Positions 28,524-48,880 of a DNA stretch of 64,000 nucleotides are shown one piece after another (position 1 is the stretch's first letter; every line of letters begins with the position of its first letter). The notes beneath the pieces were generated by a model. The model was not told the origin of the DNA. It saw only the letters and a list, made by a program, of their open reading frames with translations, and ran no database searches. Source of the DNA: the human T2T-CHM13v2.0 reference genome, Homo sapiens. The stretch is from assembly GCF_009914755.1 (NCBI RefSeq), contig NC_060926.1; one strand, 5' to 3'. The position numbers were made by a program, and so were the translations under genes.

Positions 28524-30887
28524 TCACACCTGTAATCCCCACACTTTGGGAGGCCGAGGCAGGTGGATCACCTGAGATTGGGAGCTCAAAATCATCCTGA
28601 CCAATATGGTGAAACCCCATCTCTACTAAAAATACAAAAATTAGCTGGGTGTGGTGGTGCACGCCTATAATCCCAGCTATTCAGGAGGCTGAGGCAGGAG
28701 AATCACTTGAATCCGAGAGGCTGAGGGTGCAGTGAGCCAAGACTGTGCCACTGCACTCCAGCCTGGGCAACAGAGTGAGACTCCATTTAAAAAAAAAAAA
28801 AAAATTAGCCAGGCATGGTGGCAGGCACCTATAATCCCAGCTACTCGGGAGGCTGGGGCAGGAGAATCACTTGAATCCGGGAGGCGGACATCGCAGTCAG
28901 CTGAGGAACTGTGCCACTGCACTCCAGCCCGGGCGACAGAGTGAGACTCCGTCGCAAACAAAACAAAACCAAAACAAAACAAAAAAAAAATGAATAGAAT
29001 GAAATAGAAAATCAGCGCATCACACAAAACAAGTTTAAATATTGTCTCATTTGGCTTTTATTTCAGTTATGCTTACATGCATATGTATGTGTGCTGGTTT
29101 GTGCTGTAAAACTTTTTTTAAAACCCTCATCTTCTTTGTGATGGTAAAAACTTACCTCTTATTGTGAGCCAAAGTCTGCAAAATACTCTTCTAGAAAATT
29201 CTGCCTATACCTGTACAAAGATTGTTCCTAGCAGCTTAATCTAAAGAGTTAAAAATATTAAAAAACCTAATGTTCGGGCTGGGCACAGTGGCTCGCTCAT
29301 GCTTGTAATCCCAGTACCTTGGGAGGCCGAGGTGGGCGGATCATCTGAGGTCAGGAGTTTGAGACCAGCCTGGCCAAAACAGTGTTTAGTAGAAACACTG
29401 TTTCTACTAAAAATACAAAAATTAGCCAGGTGCAGTGGCCGGTACCTGTAATCCCAGCCACTCAGGAGGGTGAGGAAAGAGAATCACTTGAATCTGGGAG
29501 GCAGAGGTTGCAGTGAGCCGAGATCGCCCCCCAAAACAAAACCTAATGTTCAATAGGAGGGTGGATAAACTTTAGTAACCTAAGTAATGAGCAATGATGA
29601 TAACAAAGGCAATAGAGTTACATGGATAAAGCTCAGATTATTGAATACAAAAATTCAGCTGAAGAATGATAGAGTAATATAATTTTAAAATAATACCATA
29701 TGTACATTTATATATGTACACATATGTATTCTAGTACATATATATATAGTAAAAACTTATATATAGCAATGAAAACTGAATTTGTGGCCGGGCGCACTGG
29801 CTCACGCCTGTAATCTCAGCACTTTGGGAGGCCGAGGCGGGAGGATCACAAGGTCAGGAGTTCGAGACCAGCCTGGCCAACATAGTGAAACCCCGTCTCT
29901 AGTAAAACACACAAAAAATTAGCCAGGCATGGTGGCAGGCGCCTGTAATCCCAGCTACTTGGGAAGGTGACGCAAGGAGAATTGCTTGAACCCGGGAAGC
30001 GGAGGTTGCAGTGAGCTGAGATTGTACCACTGCACTCCAGCCCGGGCGACAGTGCAAGCCTCAGTCTCAAAAAAAAGAAAACTGAATTTGTGAATTTAAT
30101 TCCCTAATTAAAGAAGTTGAAGAGCACTGGGAAGGGTACAAAAGGGACCTCAATTCTACCTACAATCTATCTTTACGACAACTAACAGATGATGGATGTG
30201 CACCCTATCCCCCACATGCTAAATCAAATAGGTGTCTATGGCTACAACCAATTAAAGTTTATGTGCGGGGAAAGAAAAGAAAGTGGGTCACTCCTCCACT
30301 ATTGAAACAAGCTATGTAAAGCGTTTTCTCATTAGAAGGCAGGTATGACACAAATAGTAATTATACTTATATAGTGTTTATTGTGTACCAAGCAATCCTC
30401 TAAAGACTTTATATTTAACCTTTGACTAAATACTCCCAGGAAGTTTTACTTATATTTAACAGATCACAACACTGAAACATGGTAAGGTCATATCACTCTA
30501 ACTAGTAAGGTGTAGAGCCTGACCCCAAACCTCAGCAGTCCAACTCCAGAGTCCTCACCTTTAACTACTCACTATATAAACCTTTGCTATTATAAGGATG
30601 CTTGTACCAAAGGCTAACACAAGAAAATGTATAAACCTGGGCCTCATACTAAAGCTCATTTACCAGGACTGTCAATTTAATGTAAGGATTTGGAGAAATG
30701 TAAAAAACAAACTTTTACAATAATACTGATTTTGCTCCTGTAGCTGTTTCAGATTCTAAACCTCCTCCACTCTCCTTTTTGGAATGAAATCTGATAAGCA
30801 ATAATGTATGCGTGAACGTGCTCTTTAATGTCAAGGATAATACACATTTGAAAAACAAAACATTAAATCCAACTGCAAAAATCTTAC

Positions 30888-31025
30888 CCTTTTACTTCTG
30901 GACAGCCTGAACCGTGTCACAGTGCCAAACTGGGAGAAATATGAAAAGATCTGGGTTTCGTCAAGTAGGTTAGGTAGGTGGCGCACATAGACTACTCCAG
31001 GAGTAAGTTGTTCTTGTTTTTTTCG
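30888..31025 (-). CDS. NIFK: NIFK coding exon 2 (RRM start, [18 protein letters not shown]...SRSKR)
   Basis: Acceptor TTTAG|CGA, donor AGG|GTAAGA; 138 nt; RNP2-like VVYVRHLP. Confidence 0.97.
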
Positions 31026-31849
31026 CTAAAGACGTAAAGACCAGGTAAATTAAATATATAAATAAGAAAATCACATTGTAACAAAACCCCTAGCCCTCGG
31101 CCCAAGAACCTATTCTGCATTTCCACTTACCACAGTAGTAATTAAAGAACTGGCTGTTTAGTGTTTCTCTCCCCACAAAGGCCATGGTCAAGCAGTAGTC
31201 AACTATCTTTCCAGCCTGGCATCCCAGCACCCAGTATAATATTAGAGCTCAATAACTATGTCAATCAACGGATAAGCAAGGACATCTTTGAACAAGCCAT
31301 TTTAGATCTTCTGCCCAGAGAACTCTACATAAACGTAGGCTTCAATTTGGTATGCATATTACTGTTTACTCGCACTTCATCGAAAAATTTTCGATACGCT
31401 TGTTAACTCTCACGGTACAGATTAGCCTTTCAACGTCTCAGTCATCATAGCCTTACCTCTGTAACAGGAACTTCTAAGTTTTCCTGTGTATTTTATGCTA
31501 AAAACCACAGAAAGTATAAGCGATGTCAGGGGCCCTAGTCAGCAAGTGGAACCTGGCAAATACTCTATTTTAATAACTCCCAGATCACCAACCCGGCATA
31601 CAAACTTCCCGAATGTGTTAAGTCTGGGGCTCCCATTTTTGGGGGAAACGCGGAAGCGTGACAGCTCTAACCCGGAGATAACCTGTGGTATAGGAGCCTA
31701 TTCCCTCCAGCTGGTTCTTTCTACTGCTTCTGTCACCCCAATACTTCCCCGTTACCCTCCACATGAAGGCTCCAGGGCCTCAGCGGCCAAACCCCTCCAT
31801 CATTTACCGAACAGCGTAAACCCTTTCGTCTCGGAAACCGTGGCCTGCA

Positions 31850-32600
31850 AGCTTAAGAGGTCGGTCCCTGATTCGGTCGAATCCACTTGGGAGACCCTGG
31901 AGGTAATGAAGGCGAGCACGAAGGCAAGGGGCGCCCGGGCCGGAAACCGTGCAACCCCAGATACCCTCTAGACCCGGTCCATCGCCCCCGCTCGCAGCCT
32001 GGGCCAGGGTGCCTGCTCACCTGGGTTATGCGCTTGCGAACCTGCGCCACCTCCTTTTGAAACTCGACATCTTCCTGCGGATTAAGCGACAGGATTGGCC
32101 CAGCCGGGCCAGAAAAAGTCGCCATGCCAAAAGCCGCCGACGCTAACCACGCGGCGCTCCCGGAAACGTCGGGCTCCCAGCTCCCCCGAGGCGGAAGTAG
32201 AGGCAGGACAGGGGCGGGGCGAAGCGCTAAGGCGAGGCGAGGCGTGGCGAGGGGCGGGGAGGGCCATGAGTCGGGCGCGGGGTTGGAGCAGGAGTTGCCC
32301 GGAGAAGCGGGGGCGGGGCACGGGGTGTGGCGAGGCGCGGGGCGGGGCATAAATTGCGCCAGGGGCGAGGGCGGGGCACGAGGTCGTGCCGAGAGACTGG
32401 GAGAGGCGTGAGTCGCGCGGAGGCGCGACATGGGGCGTGACGAGGAGCGGAGGGCGGGGCGTGAGTAGCGCCGAGGCGCGGAGGCGGGGCGCAGGGGCGT
32501 GCCGAGGCGCGGCAGCGGGGTCTGGGGCTGGGGCTGGGCCGTGGGGAGCTCCCGCACCCTCGGCTGTCGGGGCGCCGGCTGGCTTCGCTTAAGAGTGCCT
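31850..32600 (-). promoter_or_regulatory. NIFK: NIFK CpG-island promoter and 5' UTR
   Basis: CpG-dense; about 7 GGCGGGG-core GC boxes at 32211-32490; ETS core CGGAAGT at 32192-32198, near the likely TSS (~32200). Confidence 0.85.
32021..32125 (-). CDS. NIFK: NIFK coding exon 1 (MATFSGPAG...RKRITQ)
   Basis: ATG at 32125 in GGCATGG context; 105 nt; donor CAG|GTGAGC. All 7 exons join into an 882-nt ORF (293 aa) with GT-AG junctions. Confidence 0.97.
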
Positions 32601-32699
32601 GAAACAATTACGTTCACGCCTACTTTCAAAAAAGGTCTAAAATAAATTCCAAAACAGTACCTGTGTCCTTGAGATGCTGCTCTCATTCCTCAATTTGCT

Positions 32700-33777
<1,078 letters not shown>

Positions 33778-34909
33778 TGTTTGTACCTTTCAAATACTAT
33801 TATACTAGTGAGTAACTGAGTGGAGAGGAAGGGTGGGGAGTGGATTGCCGAGGAAGCAGGGAGGTGAGGCGAGAGCGACAGATCAAGCACAGCTGGTGTC
33901 AGGGGATAGCTGCGGCCGTGTTCTGGAAGCCGTGAAGGCGGCCCAGGGTGTGTGTGCCCGAAGAGTGGCCTGTGGGCCTGAGGTGGAGGCCCTGGGAGGG
34001 AGTGCCAAGCGAGGCCAGCCCACTTCCTCTGACAGACGTGCCTCCCACGCTCACAGTCTTCGCCTCCTTCACCCCTGCACCCTCCGGCTCAGCGCCACCG
34101 TCACCCCCAAGGGGGCATCCCTGACCCTGTAGCAAAGTCAGTTCTTCCAGTTAAGCGCTGTCTTCCCATTGTGTTTTCATGGGTAGGCTGGATTTTCGGG
34201 AGTGAGCGAGCAAGAGCAATTTGATTCTTTTTCAGGGCTGCCCCTTTCCATGGGCTTGTTCTTGCTCCCCCCAGGATGAAATCTTGGGGAGAGCTCCGCA
34301 CTTGTGATTGCTCCTCAGATGTCAGTCAATAGAAGCATGTTCCACGCGTTCAAAATCTAATATCAAATGTCTCCTCTCCCCAGCTCAGTGTCTCTGGCAG
34401 AGAAATCCCCAAAGGGGAGCACAGTCCACATCGTCTTTATTCTTGGCTCCACTTTCTCTGTACACCCCAGTTTCTGTTTTTGGGCTTTCCAGGATTAGGA
34501 CAGGGAAGAGAGGGAGGAGAAAGCAGAAAGGGGCTCCTTGCTGGCAGGTGCCACGTGGCCAGGGAGTTTTAGAGGCTGCAAATGCCAGGTTGCTGGCACC
34601 TTGTCTCCAAGCACACTTTTGAGGTGTCCCTCACCTGGCTGCTCATGACTCTACCTGCCTGCCAGCCGAGGTCAGCTCTGTGCCCAGAGGCTCCTCCTGG
34701 AAGGGCCTTTCCAAGTGGACTTTATCATCCTGATCCTTTAAGAAGGGCCACATGTTTTGTCTGTCACTGCCATGGGATTGCTGCCAGGCAGGCCTCCTGG
34801 CTGGCATCACAGATGTTGGTGTATAAACCAGGTACAATCCCTGTATCCCCCAAATTCCAGAGGATGTAGATAAGTTCACTGGTTCCCTGAAGGTACCATC
34901 CGTGTCCTC

Positions 34910-34914
34910 GTGTG

Positions 34915-34946
<32 letters not shown>
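34910..34946. repeat. (TG)n microsatellite
   Basis: Read directly; one CG interruption. Confidence 0.95.
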
Positions 34947-35314
34947 AACACTCCCCTCCTTCCTGAAGGTGGAATCTTGACATGTCTCATAGCTACTTAG
35001 GGGAGATGAGGATACAGGAAGGAATGACGGCAAGCACTTCTCTATGGAAATCCTTTTTCAGGTATTCCCAGTCACCTCCACCTCTATGAGTTCCTGGTCT
35101 TGCCTTACATCCCCCCAGGGGGGTAGTGATCCAAGGCTTCTCAAACTTGAATGAGCATGTGGATTGCCTGCACCAGGCAGGTGCTGATTCAGTAGGTCTG
35201 AGGTGGCCCAGGTTCTGTGTTCCTAACAAGCTTCCAGAAGAGGCCGATACTCCATAGACCACACTCCGAAGCAGGAATAGAGATTTGTGGCATTGATTAC
35301 TGGGTCAGAATTCT

Positions 35315-35962
<648 letters not shown>

Positions 35963-36707
35963 GTTGCTGTACAGGCTGCGTGGTCTGAGGACAGCACCGG
36001 TCCTGGGCCTGTCTTGGTATGTCGGGTTCTCGTTGCGTGTTAGGGCAGGTCCTGGAGGACCTCCGGGATGCTCACAGATGGATGCCAGGCCCCCTCTCCT
36101 CCTTCCCTCCCTCTCTCCCTTCCTTCCTCCTTCCCTTTCTTCCTTTTGATGTTTTTGTTTGTTTGTTTGTTTTTAATTCTTCCTTCTGATTTTGCATGTA
36201 GATGGGGAGCTACTGACACTTTGGGTGGGACAGTTCTTCACTGAGCTGGACCGTCCTGTGCACACTACTTTTGTACCCTCATCCCCTGCTCATTGTAACA
36301 ATCAAGATGCCTCTGGGCATTTCCATACAGCCCCGAGCAGACTATTGAGTCCTCAGTGTGTGTCACCTGCTTCTCTTCCCGCACGAATCACCCAGGCCTC
36401 CTCCACCCCCCATGCCACCCCACCCTTATCACCTGTGGCCTGGAGCACCTATTGGGGGCCAAGCACGGAAATTGAGGAGGGCCGGTGGCAGGGCTGGGCA
36501 GGCAGCAGGGTGAGGCAGGGCACATGAGAGACCAGGAGGGAGAGGGCTCTCTGGGGTGGGGCTGAGGTTCCCCCTACTGCTCAGCCCTGTCTCCCTTCCC
36601 CCTCCTGTGTTCCTCTCCCTCCCCACCACTCTGCCTGGTCCCTGTGGGGTTGCCTGATGAGCCACTCCGATATCCGGCCCAGCCGTCCCTTACTTGGTCA
36701 CAGGATT

Positions 36708-37059
36708 TCTTAGTATGTTCGGGTTACTATAACAAAAATATCATAGACCAGGTGGCTTATAAAAACAGACATTTACTTCTCACAGTTCTGGAGGCTGGAA
36801 GTCCATGATCAGGGTGTTGGGAGGTTGGTGTCTGTTGAGGACCCACTTCCTGGTTTGTACGAAGTGTCTTCAGTAGTGTCCTCACATGGCTGAGAGAGAA
36901 GCAAGCTCCCCGGTATCTCTTCTTATAATGTCCCTAATCGCATCATGGGGCTCCACCTCATGACCTCATCACCTCCCACAGGCCCCATCTCTTCCCACCA
37001 TCAGAATGGGGATCAGGGCTTCAACATAGAAATTTTGGGAGGACACATTCAGTCCAGCA
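36708..37059 (-). mobile_element. MLT1A/MST-type MaLR solo LTR
   Basis: TCTCACAGTTCTGGAGGCTGGAAGTCC...CTCCACCTCATGACCTCATCACCTCCC...GACACATTCAGTCC hallmark sequence. Confidence 0.8.
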
Positions 37060-38064
37060 AAGGGATTCTAGGGATGGGCCTGAAAGGGGCAGCTCTGTAG
37101 GAAGAAGTGGGAAGAAACCCTTGTCTGTGCCACCTCAACAGTGTGGCCTCCATAAATGCCAGTCTGCAGAGAATTCAGGGCCATGTGATCTGAAGCGGTG
37201 AGGGAAATTTCCTTCCTCTTCTGCTGGGATTGGCCATCATTTCTGCCATGCTCTGCCCTGTGTGAAGTTTAACATGTACGGCCCCAAGACTAGACACCAA
37301 GTCTGGCAGTGTCCCATGGGAGGCTGGTGGACTGCGAGAAAGGGTGGGGGAGAGTGGAGAGTGGGGTGCCCAGAGGGCCTGGATTCCCTCTGATGGCCCC
37401 TGTGCTGACTCACCCCATCCCCTCCCCATCACGGGATCCTTTCCTGCCTTTCAGTAAGGGATGTGAGTGTCCTGGGTCCTGTGGGGCTTGCAGTCCTCAT
37501 TGTGGCACCCTCTTCCCAGCCTGAAGCCTGTCTCCTGCTGGGCTCATCACCCTCCCTCATCACCCTGGTCCCCAACCCTTTTCTCTGTTCTCCTACTGCA
37601 GGCCTCAACTTCCAACCAGTCTTGTTTCCACCCCCTCCTGCCATTCAAGGAACCTTGCAGAAGTGCAGCTCCAATTATCTGGCCTTCTGGGCTATTAAAT
37701 GAGGCATCATTTCACCCTTAAATTAGCCCAAATGTCTACTGTGTTCATATTCATGTTGGGAAAGGGGCAGACACAGCGGCTCACCCAGGCTCTGGTGGGC
37801 AGGGGGTGGAAATTAGTTCAACTTCTTTGGGTAGTGGTGTGACAAAATGTGTCAAGAACTTTAAAAATAGGACCTATCAAAAGAAATGATCTTAAATCCT
37901 GATAAGGGCTTACAAAGCATCACTATGCCATTTATAATAGGAAGAACTGGAAACAATCTAAACAGCCTATGATAAGGAACTGGGTTAAAACACATGGTAT
38001 GTGCATTTGCTGCATGAAACATTAAAAATGTTTGCATTTCAAAATTATTTTAAAATTTATAAAC

Positions 38065-38440
38065 CACTGCAGTCATAAAGGAGAATGAAATCATGTCCTT
38101 TGTAGCAACATGGATGGAACTGGAGGCCATCATCCTAGGTGAGCTAACCCAGAAACAGAAAACTGAATACGTCATATTCTCATAAGTGGGAGCTAAACAG
38201 TGGGTACACGTGGCCATAAAAATAGAAATGACAGATACTGGGGACTCCAAGAGAGAGGAGGTGGGAGAGGCAAAAGGCTTGAAAAATTACGTGCTGGGAC
38301 GATGTTCACTGTGTGGGTGATGAGTACACTGGAAACCCAGTCACCACCAGTATGCAGTGTACCCATGTAATAAACAAGCACAGAGCTGCCCCTTTCAGGC
38401 CCATCCCTAGAATCCCTTTGCCTGATTCTAAAAATAAAAT
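38065..38440 (+). mobile_element. L1PB/L1MA-type 3' end
   Basis: AATGAAATCATGTCCTTTGTAGCAACATGGATGGAACTGGAGGCCAT...CCCATGTAATAAAC...TAAAAATAAAA. Confidence 0.85.
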
Positions 38441-38664
38441 ATTATAAGACACAATGAGATGATCATTTTTATGTGACAAGGGTTATTTTTTATGCGTTTA
38501 TTTATTTTAAGAGACAGAGTCTCACTCTTTTACCCAGGCTAGAGTGTTGCTAGGCGATCACTGCTCACTGCAGCCTCCACCTCCTGGGCTCAAGCAGTCT
38601 TCCCACCTTGGCCTCCCAGTGTTGGGATTACAGCCATGAGCCATGGCGCCTGGCCACAACTGTT

Positions 38665-39202
<538 letters not shown>

Positions 39203-39559
39203 TGAACATTTAAGCCAAATTTTTAAAGATAATAAAAGTGGAAAAAATAAAGTCAAGATAGGATTGACTACTTAAATATACTAACAACCATGGAATAAAA
39301 TGAAGGGGATGCACATATCCCTAAAAATGTTAACAGGCCCAGATGGCTTTATGGGTAAGTTCTACCAAATTTTTATTGAATAAAAATGATACTATATACC
39401 CTATGAACTGTTTCAGACCCGAAAAATAAAAAAGGGAAGCTCCTCAATTAATTCTAGAATCCTAGTTTAACTTCACACCTAAACCAAATAAATAGCTTTC
39501 TTTTTTTTAACTTTAAATCATAACATTTAATTCAGTTGTGAATGTCTTCCACATCACAT

Positions 39560-41012
39560 GTTATTTCTTTTTTTTTTCTTTTTTAAAAAATTATACTTTA
39601 AGTTCTGGGTTACATGTGCAGAATGTGCAGTTTTGTTACATAGCTATACATGTGCCATGGTGGTTTGCTGCAGCCATCAACCTGTCACCTACCTTAGGTA
39701 TTTCTCCTAATATTATCCCTCCCCTAGTCATCCACCCCCTGACAGGCCCTGGTGTGTGATGTGTTCCCTGTGTCCATGTGTTCCCATTGTTCAACTCCCA
39801 CTTATGAGTGAGAACACATGGTGTTTGGTTTTCTGATCTTGTGACAGTTTGCTGAGAATGATGGTTTCCAGCTTCATCCATGTCCCTACAAAGGACATGA
39901 ACTCATCCTTTTTTATGGCTGCACAGTATTCCATGATGTATATGTGCCACATTTTCTTAATCCAGTCTATCATTAATGGACATTTGGGTTGGTTCCAAGT
40001 CTTTGCTATTGTTAATAGTGCCACAGTAAACATATGTGTGCATGTGTCTTTATCGTAGAATGATTTATAATCCTTTGGGTATATGCCCAGTAATGGGATT
40101 GCTGGGTCAAATGGTATTTCTAGTTCTAGATCCTTGAGGAATCGCCACACTGTCTTCCACAATGGTTGAACTAATTTACACTCCCACCCACAGTGTAAAA
40201 GCATTCCTATTTTTCTACAACCTCGCCAGCATCTGTTGTTTATTGACTTTAATGATCACCATTCTAACTGGCATGAGACGGTATCTCATTGTGGTTTTGA
40301 TTTGCATTTCTCTAATGACCAGTGATGTTGAGCATTTTTTCATATGTCTGTTGGCTGCATAAATGTCTTCTTTTGAGAAGTGTCTGTTCATATTCTTTGC
40401 CCATTTTTTGATGGGTTTTTTCTTGTAAATTTGTTTAAGTTCTTTGTAGATTCTGGATATTAGCCCTTTGTCAGATGGATAGATTGCAAAAATTTTCTCC
40501 CATTCTCTAGGTTGCCTGTTCATTCTGATGATAGTTTCTTTTGCTGTGTAGAAGCTCTTTAGTTTAATTAGATCCCATTTGTCAATTTTGGCTTTTGTTG
40601 CCATTGCTTTTGGTGTTTTAGACATGAAGTCTTTGCCCATGCCTATGTCCTGAATGGTATCATGGTCCTCGGTCTTATGTTTAAGTGTTTGATCCATCTT
40701 GTGTTGATTTTTGTATAAGGAAGAGGTCCAGTTTCAGTTTTCTGTATATGGCTAGCCAGTTTTCCCAACACCATTTATTAAATAGGGAATCTTTTCCCCA
40801 TTGCTTGTGTGTGTCAGGTTTGTCAAAGATCAGATGGTTTTAGATGTGTGGTGTTATTTCTGAGGCCTCCGTTCTGTTCCATTGGTCTATATATCTGTTT
40901 TGGTACCAATACCATGCTGTTTTGGTTACTGTAGCCTTGTAGTATAGTTTGAAGTCAGGTAGTGTGATGCCTCCAGCTTTGTTCTTCTTGCCTAGGATTG
41001 TCTTGGCTATGC
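39560..41012 (-). mobile_element. L1PA-family element, 5'-truncated (ORF2 C-terminus, 3' UTR, A-tail)
   Basis: Minus-strand ORFs [62 protein letters not shown] and [16 protein letters not shown] are L1 ORF2; disrupted. Confidence 0.95.
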
Positions 41013-42132
41013 GATGCCTGGCTAATTTTTGTATTTTTAGTAGAGACAGCGTTTCAGCATGTTGGTCAGGCTGGTCTTGAACTCCTGAGCTCAGGTGATC
41101 CACCTGCCTCAGCCTCCCAGAGTGCTGGGATTACAGGCCTGAGCCACTGCAGCTGGCCTTTGCATGCTTCTCTATGTTAAAGAACCAGTCTGGGAGTAAA
41201 AGAAAGGTCAAAACTTTAATGGAAAGACGTTCAGAAAATATGGGGAATCTCCCCACCCCCCACCAAATTTCAATATATATGTAAGAAACATCATTCAAAC
41301 ACATTGGAAAGTTAAGTGAGGCTCCTTTACCCACTGATGAGATTGTTAATGTTTAAGACATCTACACATTAACACTCTGTATGAATCATTACAACTACAC
41401 TGGAGGGCAATTTGGCCAAGTTGATTCACTTATCACAGATCTGTTGTCTGCCAGGTATTGAAAAGGGTTCACAATGCCATGAGGTGGGGGGTGACTCAGC
41501 CCCCTTAGGAGCGTGTGGAAAGGTTGGAGGCATTTGGGGTTTTCACACAGACTTGGTGGTGCCACTGATAGGTCTGTTAGAGATATGGAACATCCTGCAC
41601 TGAGTGGGACAGTCCCCTGTGTTTCTTCTGTTATCCATTGTTTCTTTTCCCCCGCCCCCTGCCTTTGCGGTGCCTTCCTGCAGACAGTGCTGAGCTCCCC
41701 ACACCGCTGATTTGTTTTGACTGCGGGAATGAGTGCGGATGTGAGATTGTGTGAGTTCTGGGTGAGGTGTTAACTGTTCTGTGCTTGCTCACTCTCTTAT
41801 ACTGGTGCCATCTACCATGAGACATTTGCAGGCAGCCACTGCTCCCTCAGAGATGTGACGGTGCAGCCGCCCATATTCGGAAGCCCCAGACCTGTGAGCC
41901 GGATATCACTGTTTGTCATGAGCACTGAGATTTGGGGGTTGTTTGTTACACATTGTTATCATACATAACCAAACATAAGGAATAATTGTCTCCCTAAATA
42001 CCACAAGCATGTCCAGCCCTCTGCCTGAAAAACATAGAAGAGGAACAAAATGGAGTGGTGGGCTGAACATGCACCGTCAACACATGATCACAGCACAAAC
42101 AACATGATTACACGTTGAAGTAAGGGCCTTCA

Positions 42133-42773
<641 letters not shown>

Positions 42774-43469
42774 CTACTGCACTCCAGGAGTGATAGATTG
42801 AGACCCTATCTCTAAAAAAAAGATGTCCTAACAAAAGCCTGTTCTCCTTAGCCAAAAGACCAAGAAAGGAGCAGGTTAGCAAGACAGACAACTGTTCATT
42901 TTTTTTCTTCTTTTGTCACCTCTGGCCATACAGAAAACTTTTAGACAATAATGGCTCTACTCCAGCCAAACACACAGAGAAAACACTGCTGCCCCATACC
43001 TCACATATGCCAGCAAAGTCCCAGTGGGGAGCCTAGACTTCCGTCCTCATGAGGCTCGCTGATGCACCCAAACACCCCTGCCATGATGCTGTCAGAGAAA
43101 GCCAGGAGAGAAGCTGGGGCTTTGAACCTGCCAGCTGATAATGCCAGTGGTAATGGTGGTGTTGGTGGAGACCATGTGTGGAGCCTGGATTTCCAACCCC
43201 ATTTAGCAGTAAAGAGAAGCCCCTACGCTTGGGTGTCAACAGAGGCCAAATGGGAAACCTGGCCATATATTTCCACCAGAAAGTCACAAGGCAGTGTCCT
43301 CCTCTTGCTGGAGAAGTATTAGAAGAAGCCAGTTAAAACAGAAGGTTTAAATAAGATCCAGAGTTTCATAGCATAATACAAAAATGTTCAGGTTTCAATA
43401 GAAAATCACTTGTCATACCAAGAACCAGGAAGATCTCAAACTGAATGAAACAAGATAATCAATAGATGC

Positions 43470-43842
43470 TGGTATAGTCTGAATGTTTATACTGCTTTTT
43501 CCCCCCACCAAATCCATACGTTGAAATCCTAACCGCCCCAAAGTGATGTTATTAGGAGGTAGGGCCTTTGGAAGGTGATTTGGTCATGAGGGGATAGCTC
43601 TCATGGATTAGTGACCTTATAAAAGAGGCCCTGGAGAGCCCCCTAGCGCCTTCTGCCATATGAAGACACAGTGAAAAGATGGTCATTTATGAACCAGGAA
43701 GTGTGTCCTTAGCAGACACTGAATTTGCTAGCCCCTAGATCTTGGACTTCCCAGCCTCCAGAACTGTGAGAAATCAGTTTCCGTTATTATAAGCCACCCA
43801 GTTTTTGGCATTTTGTTATAGCAGTCTGAGTGGGCCAAGAAA
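43470..43842 (+). mobile_element. MLT1A0-type MaLR solo LTR
   Basis: GTTGAAATCCTAACC...GGACTTCCCAGCCTCCAGAACTGTGAGAAAT...TTTTGTTATAGCAG; 5-bp GATGC duplication on both flanks. Confidence 0.85.
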
Positions 43843-43844
43843 GA

Positions 43845-48880
<5,036 letters not shown>

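Noticed and set aside
31853-32686. 277-aa Pro/Arg-rich ORF and overlapping GC-rich ORFs
   Set aside because: Stop-codon depletion in a CpG island; only 32021-32125 is real NIFK coding sequence.
39560-41012. Active L1 element
   Set aside because: 5'-truncated, with no ORF1 or promoter; ORF2 is broken into several frames with deletions.
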